Below are positions 1 to 10,188 of a DNA stretch of 64,000 nt, one piece after another. Position numbers and translations under genes: made by a program. The notes below the pieces were generated by a model, which searched no databases, was not told the DNA's origin, and saw only the letters and a program-made list of their open reading frames with translations. The first letter of the stretch is position 1. Every line of letters starts with the position of its first letter. The stretch lies in the NCBI RefSeq assembly GCF_006345805.1, contig NC_042997.1, positions 117,986,001-118,050,000 on the forward strand, read 5' to 3'. This DNA comes from Octopus sinensis. Lineage: Eukaryota.

Positions 1-855
1 AAGCTAAGCTAAGCTAAGCTAAGCTAAGCTAGCTAAGCTAAGCTAAGCTAAGCTAAGCTAAGCTAAGCTAAGCTAAGCTAAGCTAAGCTAAGCTAAGCTA
101 AGCTAAGCTAAGCTAGCTAAGCTAAGCTAAGCTAAGCTAAGCTAAGCTAAGCTAAGCTAAGCTAAGCTAAGCTAAGCTAAGCTAAGTAAGCTAAGCTAAG
201 CTAAGCTAAGCTAAGCTAAGCTAAGCTAAGCTAGCTAAGCTAAGCTAAGCTAAGCTAAGCTAAGCTAAGCTACTAAGCTGCTAAGCTAAGCTAAGCTAAG
301 CTAAGCTAAGCTAAGCTAAGCTAAGCTAAGCTAAGCTAAGCTAAGCTAAGCTAAGCTAGCTAAGCTAAGCTAAGCTAAGCTAAGCTAAGCTAAGCTAAGC
401 TAAGCTAAGCTAAGCTAAGCTAAGCTAAGCTAAGCTAAGCTAAGCTAAGCTAAGCTAAGCTAAGCTAAGCTAAGCTAAGCTAAGCTAAGCTAAGCTAAGC
501 TAAGCTAAGCTAAGCTAACTAAGCTAGCTAAGCTAAGCTAAGCTAAGCTAAGCTAAGCTAAGCTAACTAAGCTAAGCTAAGCTAAGCTAAGCTAAGCTAA
601 GCTAAGCTAAGCTAAGCTAAGCTAGCTAAGCTAGCTAAGCTAAGCTAAGCTAAGCTAAGCTAAGCTAAGCTAAGCTAGCTAAGCTAAGCTAAGCTAAGCT
701 AAGCTAAGCTAGCTAAGCTAAGCTAAGCTAAGCTAAGCTAAGCTAAGCTAAGCTAAGCTAAGCTAAGCTAAGCTAAGCTAAGCTAAGCTAAGCTAAGCTA
801 AGCTAAGCTAAGCTAGCTAAGCTAAGCTAAGCTAAGCTAAGCTAAGCTAAGCTAA
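1..855. repeat. Pure (CTAAG)n / (TTAGC)n pentamer array, telomere-like
   Basis: Uninterrupted 5-bp repeat from base 1 with only sporadic 1-bp losses. It is one substitution from the CCTAA/TTAGG telomere repeat, in the orientation expected at a left chromosome end. Confidence 0.95.
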
Positions 856-3800
856 AACATTATGCTGGCCGTCTTTTTCTTCTCCCCTCAACGAAACTAA
901 TCTAAGCTAAGCTAAGCTAAGCTAAAAATGCTGGCCGTCTTTTCTTCTCCCCTCAACGAAACTAAGCTAAGCTAAGCTAAGCTAAGCTAAAACATTATGC
1001 TGTCCGTCTTTTTCTTCTCCCCTCAACGAAACTAAGCTAAAACATTATGCTGGCCGCCTTTTTCTTCTCCCCTCAACGAAACTAAGCTAAGCTAAGCTAA
1101 GCTAAGCTAAAACATTATGCTGGCCGTCTTTTTCTTCTCCCCTCAACGAAACTAAGCTAAGCTAAGCTAAGCTAAGCTAAAACATTATGCTGGCCGTCTT
1201 TTTCTTCTCCCCTCAACGAAACTAAGCTAAAACATTATGCTGGCTGTCTTTTTCTTCTCCCCTCAACGAAACTAATCTAAGCTAAGCTAAGCTAAGCTAA
1301 AACATTATGCTGGCCGTCTTTTTCTTCTCCCCTCAACGAAACTAAGCTAAAACATTATGCTGGCCGTCTTTTTCTTCTCCCCTCAACGAAACTAAGCTAA
1401 GCTAAGCTAAGCTAAGCTAAAACATTATGCTGGCCGTCTTTTTCTTCTCCCCTCAACGAAACTAAGCTAAAACATTATGCTGGCCGTCTTTTTCTTCTCC
1501 CCTCAACGAAACTAAGCTAAGCTAAGCTAAGCTAAGCTAAAACATTATGCTGGCCGTCTTTTTCTTCTCCCCTCAACGAAACTAAGCTAAAACATTATGC
1601 TGGCCGTCTTTTTCTTGTCCCCTCAAAGAAACTAAGCTAAGCTAAGCTAAGCTAAGCAAAAACATTGTGCTGGGCGTCTTTTTGTTGTCCCCTCAACGAA
1701 ACTAAGCTATGCTAAGCTAAGCTAAGCTAAAACACTGTGCTGGCCGTCTTTATCTTGTCCCCTCAACGAAACGAAGCTGAGCTAAGCTAAGCTAAGCTAA
1801 AACATTGTGCTGGCCGTCTTTTTCTTGTCCCCTCAACGAAACTAAGCTAAGCTAAGCTAAGCTAAGCTAAAACATTGTGCTGGCTGTCTTTTTCTTGTCC
1901 CCTCAACGAAACTAAGCTAAGCTAAGCTAAGCTAAGCAAAGCTAAGCTAAGCTAAGCTAAGCTAAGCTAAGCTAAGCTAAGCTAAGCTAAGCTAAGCTAA
2001 GCTAAAACATTGTGCTGGCCGTCTTTTTCCTGTCCCTTCAACGAAACTATGCTAAGCTAAGCTAAGCTAAGCTAAGCTAAGCTAAGCTAAGCTAGCTAGC
2101 TAAGCTAAGCTAAGCTAAGCTAAGCTAAGCTAAGCTAAGCTAAGCTAAAACATTGTGCTGGCCGTCATTTTCTTGTCCCCTCAACGAAACTAATCTAAGC
2201 TAAGCTAAGCTAAGCTAAGCTAAAACATTGTGCTGGCCGTCCTCTTCTTCTCCCCTCAACGAAACTAAGCTAAGCTAAGCTAAGCTAAGCTAAAACATTA
2301 TGCTGGCCGTCTTTTTTTTCTCCCCTCAACGAAACTAAGCTAAAATATTATGCTGGCCGTCTTTTTCTTCTCCCCTCAACGAAACTATGCTAAGCTAAGC
2401 TAAGCTAAAACATTATGCTGGCCGTCTTTTTCTTCTCCCCTCAACGAAACTAATCTAAGCTAAGCTAAGCTAAGCTAAAACATGCTGGCCGTCTTTTTCT
2501 TCTCCCCTCATCGAAACTAAGCTAAGCTAAGCTAAGCTAAGCTAAAACATTATGCTCGCCGTCTTTATCTTCTCCCCTCAACGAAACTAATCTAAGCTAA
2601 GCTAAGCTAAGCTAAAACATTATGCTGGCCGTCTTTTTCTTCACCCCTCAACGAAACTAAGCTAAAACATTATGCTGGCCGCCTTTTTCTTCTCCCCTCA
2701 ACGAAACTATGCTAAGCTAAGCTAAGCTAAGCTAAAACATTATGCTGGCCGTCTTTTTCTTCTCCCTTCAACGAAACTAAGCTAAGCTAAAACATTATGC
2801 TGGCCGTCTTTTTCTTCTCCCCTCAACGAAACTAAGCTAAAACATTATGCTGGCCGTCTTTTTCTTCTCCCCTCAACGAAACTAAGCTAAAACATTATGC
2901 TGGCCATCTTTTTCTTCTCCCCTTAACGAAACTAAGCTAAGCTAAGCTAAGCTAAGCTAAAACATTATGCTGGCCGTCTTTTTCTTCTCCCTTCAACGAA
3001 ACTAAGCTAAGCTAAGCTAAAACATTATGCTGGCCGTCTTTTTCTTCTCCCCTCAACGAAACTAAGCTAAAACATTATGCTGGCCGTCTTTTTCTTCTCC
3101 ACTCAACGAAACTAAGCTAAAACATTATGCTGGCTGTCTTTTTCTTCTCCCCTCAACGAAACTAAGCTAAAACATTATGCTGGCCGTCTTTTTCTTCTCC
3201 CCTCAACGAAACTAAGCTAAGCTAAGCTAAGCTAAGCTAAAACATTATGCTGGCCGTCTTTTTCTTCTCCCCTCAACGAAACTAAGCTAAAACATTATGC
3301 TGGCCGTCTTTTTTCTTCTCCCCTCAACGAAACTAAGCTAAAACATTATGCTGGCTGTCTTTTTCTTCTCCCCTCAACGAAACTAAGCTAAAACATTATG
3401 CTGGCCGTCTTTTTCTTCTCCCCTCAACGAAACTAAGCTAAGCTAAAACATTATGCTGGCCGTCTTTTTCTTCTCCCCTCAACGAAACTAAGCTAAAATA
3501 TTATGCTGGCCGTCTTTTTCTTCTCCCCTCTACGAAACTATGCTAAGCTAAGCTAAACTAAGCTAAAACATTATGCTGGCCGTCTTTTTCTTCTCCCCTC
3601 AACGAAACTAAGCTAAGCTAAGCTAAGCTAAGCTAAAACATTATGCTGGCCGTCTTTTTCTTCTCCCCTCAACGAAACTAAGCTAAAACATTATGCTGGC
3701 CGTCTTTTTCTTCTCCCCTCAACGAAACGAAGCTAAGCTAATCTAAGCTAAGCTAAAACATTATGCTGGCCGTCTTTTTTTTCTCCCCTCAACGAAACTA

Positions 3801-6800
3801 AGCTAAAACATTATGCTGGCCGTCTTTTTCTTCTCCCCTCAACGAAACTAAGCTAAGCTAAGCTAAGCTAAGCTAAGCTAAAACATTATGCTGGCCGTCT
3901 TTTTCTTCTCCCCTCAACGAAACTAAGCTAAAACTTTATGCTGGCCGTCTTTTTCTTCTCCCCTGAACGAAACTAAGCTAAGCTAAGCTAAGCTAAGCTA
4001 AAACATTATGCTGGCCGTCTTTTTCTTCTCCCCTCAACGAAACTAAGCTAAAACATTATGCTGGCCGTCTTTTTCTTCTCCCCTCAACGAAACTAAGCTA
4101 AGCTAAGCTAAGATAAGCTAAAACACTATGCTGGCCGTCTTTTTCTTCTCCCCTGAACGAAACTAAGCTAAGCTAAGCTAAGCTAAGCTAAGCTAAGCTA
4201 AGCTAAGCTAAGCTAAGCTCAGCTAAGCTAAGCTAAGCTAAAACATTATGCTGGCCGTCTTTTTCTTCTGCCCTCAACGAAACTAAGCTAAGCTAAGTTA
4301 AGCTAAGCTAAAACATTATGCTGGCCGTCTTTTTCTTCTCCCCTCAACGAAACTAAGCTAAAACATTATGCTGGCCGTCTTTTTCTTCTCCCCTCAACGA
4401 AACTAAACTAAGCTAAGCTAAGCTAAGCTAAAACATTATGCTGGCTGTCTTTTTCTCCTCCCCTCAACGAAACTAAGCTAAAACATTATGCTGGCCGTCT
4501 TTTTCTTCTCCTCTCAACGAAACTAAGCTAAGCTAAGCTAAGCTAAGCTAAAACATTATGCTGGCCGTCTTTTTCTTCTCCCCTCAACGAAACTAAGCTA
4601 AAACATTATGCTGGCTGTCTTTTTGTTCTCCCCTCAACGAAACTAAGCTAAGCTAAGCTAAGCTAAGCTAAAACATTATGCTGGCCGTCTTTTTCTTCTC
4701 CCCTCAACGAAACTAAGCTAAAACATTATGCTGGCCGTCTCTTTCTTCTCCCCTCAACGAAACTAAGCTAAGCTAAGCTAAGCTAAGCTAAGCTAAGCTA
4801 AAACATTATGCTGGCCGCCTTTTTCTTCTCCCCTCAACGAAACTATGCTAAGCTAAGCTAAGCTAAGCTAAAACATTATGCTGGCCGTCTTTTTCTTCTC
4901 CCTTCAACGAAACTAAGCTAAGCTAAAACATTATGCTGGCCGTCTTTTTCTTCTCCCCTCAACGAAACTAAGCTAAAACATTATGCTGGCCGTCTTTTTC
5001 TTCTCCCCTCAACGAAACTAAGCTAAAACATTATGCTGGCCATCTTTTTTTCTCCCCTTAAAGAAACTAAGCTAAGCTAAGCTAAGCTAAGCTAAAACAT
5101 TATGCTGGCCGTCTTTTTCTTCTCCCTTCAACGAAACTAAGCTAAGCTAAGCTAAAACATTATGCTGGCCGTCTTTTTCTTCTCCCCTCAACGAAACTAA
5201 GCTAAAACATTATGCTGGCCGTCTTTTTCTTCTCCACTCAACGAAACTAAGCTAAAACATTATGCTGGCTGTCTTTTTCTTCTCCCCTCAACGAAACTAA
5301 GCTAAGCTAAGCTAAGCTAAGCTAAAACATTATGCTGGCCGTCTTTTTCTTCTCCCCTCAACGAAACTAAGCTAAAACATTATGCTGGCCGTCTTTTTCT
5401 TCTCCCCTCAACGAAACTAAGCTAAAACATTATGCTGGCTGTCTTTTTCTTCTCCCCTCAACGAAACTAAGCTAAAACATTATGCTGGCCGTCTTTTTCT
5501 TCTCCCCTCAACGAAACTAAGCTAAGCTAAAACATTATGCTGGCCGTCTTTTTCTTCTCCCCTCAACGAAACTAAGCTAAAATATTATGCTGGCCGTCTT
5601 TTTCTTCTCCCCTCTACGAAACTATGCTAAGCTAAGCTAAACTAAGCTAAAACATTATGCTGGCCGTCTTTTTCTTCTCCCCTCAACGAAACTAAGCTAA
5701 GCTAAGCTAAGCTAAGCTAAGCTAAGCTAAGCTAAGCTAAGCTAAAACATTATGCTGGCCGTCTTTTTCTTCTCCCCTCAACGAAACTAAGCTAAAACAT
5801 TATGCTGGCCGTCTTTTTCTTCTCCCCTCAACGAAACGAAGCTAAGCTAATCTAAGCTAAGCTAAAACATTATGCTGGCCGTCTTTTTTTTCTCCCCTCA
5901 ACGAAACTAAGCTAAAACATTATGCTGGCCGTCTTTTTCTTCTCCCCTCAACGAAACTAGCTAGCTAAGCTAAGCTAAGCTAAGCTAAGCTAAACATTAT
6001 GCTGGCCGTCTTTTTCTTCTCCCCTCAACGAAACTAAGCTAAAACTTTATGCTGGCCGTCTTTTTCTTTCTCCCTGAACGAAACTAAGCTAAGCTAAGCT
6101 AAGCTAAGCTAAAACATTATGCTGGCCGTCTTTTTCTTCTCCCCTCAACGAAACTAAGCTAAAACATTATGCTGGCCGTCTTTTTCTTCTCCCCTCAACG
6201 AAACTAAGCTAAGCTAAGCTAAGATAAGCTAAAACACTATGCTGGCCGTCTTTTTCTTCTCCCCTGAACGAAACTAAGCTAAGCTAAGCTAAGCTAAGCT
6301 AAGCTAAGCTAAGCTCAGCTAAGCTAAGCTAAGCTAAAACATTATGCTGGCCGTCTTTTTCTTCTGCCCTCAACGAAACTAACTAAGCTAAGTTAAGCTA
6401 AGCTAAAACATTATGCTGGCCGTCTTTTTCTTCTCCCCTCACGACGAACTAAGCTAAAACATTATGCTGGCCGTCTTTTTCTTCTCCCCCAACGAAACGA
6501 AACTAAACTAAGCTAAGCTAAGCTAAGCTAAAACATTATGCTGGCTGTCTTTTTTCCCTCCCCTCAACGAAACTAAGCTAAAACATTATGCTGGCCGTCT
6601 TTTTCTTCTCCTCCTCAACGAAACTAAGCTAAGCTAAGCTAAGCTAGCTAAAACATTATGCTGGCCGTCTTTTTCTTCTCCCATCAACGAAACTAAGCTA
6701 AAACATTATGCTGGCTGTCTTTTTGTTTCTCCCCTCAACGAAACTGAAACTAAGCTAAGCTAAGCTAAGCTAAGCTAAAACATTATGCTGGCCGTCTTTT

Positions 6801-7754
6801 TTCTTCTCCCTCAACGAAACTAAGCTAAAACATTATGCTGGCCGTCTCTTTCTCTCCCCTCAACGAAACTAAGCTAAGCTAAGCTAAGCTAAGCTAAAAC
6901 ATTATGCTGGCCGTCTTTTCTTCTCCCCTCAACGAAACTAAGCTAAAACATATTCTGGCCGTCTTTTTCTTCTCCCCTCAACGAAACTAAGGTAAAACAT
7001 TATGCTGGCCGTCTTTTTCTCCTCCCCTCAACGAAACTAAGCTAAAACATTATGCTGGCCGTCTTTTTCTCTCCCCTCAACGAAACTAAGCTAAGCTAAG
7101 CTAAGCTAAGCTAAAACATTATGCTGGCCGTCTTTTCTTCTCCCCTCAACGCGAAACTAAGCTAAAACATTATGCTGGCCGTCTTTTTGTTCTCCCCTCA
7201 ACGAAACTAAGCTAAGCTAATCTAAGCTAAGCTAAAACATTATGCTGGCCGTCTTTTTCTTCTCCCCTCAACGAAACTAAGCTAAAACATTATGCTGGCC
7301 GTCTCTTTCTTCTCCCCTCAACGAAACTAAGCTAAGCTAAGCTAAGCTAAGCTAAAACATTATGCTGGCCGTCTTTTTCTTCTCCCCTCAACGAAACTAA
7401 GCTAAAACATTATTCTGGCCGTCTTTTTCTTCTCCCCTCAACGAAACTAAGGTAAAACATTATGCTGGCCGTCTTTTTCTTCTCCCCTCAACAAAACTAA
7501 GCTAAAACATTATGCTGGCCGTCTTTTTCTTCTCCCCTCAACGAAACTAAGCTAAGCTAAGCTAAGCTAAGCTAAAACATTATGCTGGCCGTCTTTTTCT
7601 TCTCCCCTCAACGAAACTAAGCTAAGCTAAACTAAGCTAAAACATTATGCTGGCCGTCTTTTTCTTCTCCCCTCAACGAAACTAAGCTAAGCTAAGCTAA
7701 TACATTAAAGAGGTGTTTTTCGTCTTTTTTTTTCACTTCACGAAACTAAGCTAA
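856..7754. repeat. Subtelomere-like satellite: 50-bp minimal unit plus a variable number of extra CTAAG copies
   Basis: Minimal unit CTAAAACATTATGCTGGCCGTCTTTTTCTTCTCCCCTCAACGAAACTAAG, repeated an estimated 110-120 times. The most proximal unit (about 7700-7750) is degenerate. Confidence 0.95.
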
Positions 7755-7825
7755 CCTCTCCTGAGATGTTTGCCTTGTCACCAAACTATCCTCTGCTGAG
7801 TTGTACACTTTATTGTGTACAATGT

Positions 7826-8579
7826 AACGTATTATGTTTCTAGTAACCGGATCCTCTATTTTTAACCTTTTCTATGTCAACCTTACAAGTGACCATTTTA
7901 TGATCACTGTAGCTGATAGGGTAAAACTGTGGACACTTAACTATTTTACTGTCTACTTTTCTAATTAGTATTCTATCTAAATATAACCTGGATGATCCGT
8001 CGCTGTTTGACCATGTCCACAATGGAGCGTTCGGATATTCCAGCCTATAAGGATCTGCTAGCTCAAAGCGGCTTAGCAGTTCCATGAAGCCACTGTTACC
8101 TTTTCTATCTGGCCGCGAGCCAACACAATCTACATCCGCTTTGCAAATTGTGTTAAAGTCTCCTAGCACAACTAATGAATGCGAAGTACCAAGAAAGTTT
8201 TCTAGTTCACGAAAATAATCACTTTGCCCTGTATGGTTGGGTGCGTAAATTGCAACCAGTCTGATAACTTTACCATTACTGTACGTCAAATCCATGACGA
8301 CTAGCCTACCTTCTGGATCTGCAAAAATTAACTTTTTCTCAGAAACCCGGTTTTTTTTTATTAGGACCAACACCCCACTTCCGCCAGTAGGACTGCCAGG
8401 AGAGAAAAAACTCTCGTAGCCGTCAAACAGTGGGAGCAGACCTCTTGGCCCCTCTAACCGGGTTTCTGTAGCAACAATAACATCTAAATTACGCGACCTG
8501 ATATCATGCAGGAAGCGACCTTGCTTCCAGCCTGCTCCCAGGCCGCGCACTTTCAAACACCAACATAAATGCAATCCAT
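7826..8579 (-). pseudogene. ORF2 fragment: apurinic-type (APE) endonuclease only
   Basis: Motifs VRGL, ETRL, AIYAPN, GDFN, LDRILI and SDH. ATG at 8579 with a frameshift shortly after it. Homology to copy B decays after GSGYW. Confidence 0.9.
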
Positions 8580-8588
8580 TACTTACCT

Positions 8589-9964
8589 TTATATCAGTGG
8601 TTCGGTTTTCTCTCGTTCTTCCAACTCTTTTTCTGGGCCTCGTGGGGGAGTCTGACGTAGGCCCTCGAATATATGTGGAGATGTCACCTCCAATCTAAGT
8701 GGGCCTACGTCGTGGAAGAATTCGGATTTTATCCGCCCGTAATCCTTCCGGCCTATTCTGTAGATCACAAAGTCATTTTTCTTTTCCACTTTCTCCACCT
8801 TGGCCATAGCAGCCAACACGTTTCCTAGTCTGCTATTCGCTGCCTTTACGGCCATATATGAGTCCATTGTCTCTCTCTTCTTTTTTAAAATTATTCTGGG
8901 AGGGGTGGTATCCGTTTTTCTTTTTTTTTTCTCAGTAATTTTTTTCCACCCCTCCTCATTTATCTTTTCCTCGCTCTTGTTCTCCTCCGCCGCTGGTTCT
9001 GCTGTCACCGTCACCTCCACACCTTCGGTCTTCCCTTCTGGGCCGTCCGACGTTGCTTCTGGTGACACTTCTTTTTCTCTTGGCTTCGGTGCTTCCTGCG
9101 GTTTGGGTTGGGGTTGGCATTCCGCCCTTACATGACCCTTCTTGTCGCAGCCGAAGCACCTCGGCCTCCTGCCCTCCACGAAAACAGTTATTTTTTCCTC
9201 TTCGCTAATTTTTACTGTTTCTGGAATTTCTTCCAGTGTTTGTGTCTCCGCCTGAATGGCTATCACTATCTTTTGTCCTTTCCAGAACTCCTCTTCTTCC
9301 ACTGTGGCCTGGAGGATGTTTATTTTTTCCTTCAGGCCTACCATCACTGCTGCCACCAGACATTCTGCATCTGCCTCTGGGGGAATGTTGTTCATTGTGA
9401 TTTTTGATGTCCGCTTTCCTCTATATAATGGTAATAGAACGATGTTTTCTGCTTTGAAAGTCTCCATTGATAGTTTTTTTCGCTATCTCTTCAGAGGTAA
9501 AACGCACCTCCACTGTGCCGTATCTTTTACCTCTGTTTATATATGTTATTTTGTCCATTATTGGTTTCAAACAAAACTCTATTTTTTTCTCCTCGATTTT
9601 CTGAATCATTCTTGTAGCTGTGTTGTACGTTTTGTAAATAATTCTTTTCCTCTCTATATCTTCATGTTTCTGTACGTCTGCGACCACAGTCACTTCCGTG
9701 CCCCTCTTTCTTTACACTGTCTGCGAATTTTTCTAGATTTTCAACGTTTATTGTTTTAATTTTTTTCCCAGCTACTTCAGCGAATGTTTTCGCTGGAGTT
9801 GATGCTGGTATTGATTTTTCTATTTTTTTGGGCAACGCCGCCTCCTTTCTCTTCGGCGATAACGCCTCTTTTTTTCTTGGCGACAACGCCTCTTTTTTTC
9901 CTGATGTCAACGCCGGGTATTCGTCCTCGCTCGTCACGGGCGAATAGGAGATGGGGGACTCCAT
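8589..9964 (-). CDS. ORF1 gag-like protein of copy A (two apparent frameshifts)
   Basis: Three overlapping track ORFs join into one protein: SPKK-type N-terminus, RRM-like segment GTVEVRF, zinc knuckle CFGCDKKGHVRAEC and a Lys/Glu-rich tail. Confidence 0.85.
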
Positions 9965-10188
9965 CTTAAACAAATGGCTTTAACAAGCCTTTGGAGATTC
10001 CAAAATAATTGTAGTTTTCCCCCACGGAGGGGGGAACACCAACGCGAAGTCCTCGCGCGAAGGCTGACTTCTTCAGTTAAACAACAGTAAACAAACAGGT
10101 ATACAGACAATATAGAAAAACAGAGATAATACTATGAGAGCAAAATATATAACTTACTAACAGACGCAAAAATTGATTTCAGACATGT

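Larger units (their letters stand above)
7826..10188 (-). mobile_element. Tx1/L1-clade non-LTR retrotransposon, copy A (5' end intact, 3'-truncated just after the endonuclease)
   Basis: 5' UTR, a CCHC gag-like ORF1 and an APE endonuclease domain. Colinear with and highly similar to copy B at 14850-17220. Confidence 0.9.

Noticed and set aside
1-855. AAGCTAAGC similarity to 5S rRNA
   Set aside because: It is only a 9-mer coincidence with no other 5S sequence.
856-7754. CRISPR-like repeat/spacer appearance
   Set aside because: The intervening segments are near-identical rather than unique spacers, there are no cas genes, and the context is eukaryotic.
8575-8590. ACTTACCT as the 5' end of a U1 snRNA gene
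   Set aside because: The following sequence does not match U1. It is the reverse complement of a splice-donor-like motif in the LINE.
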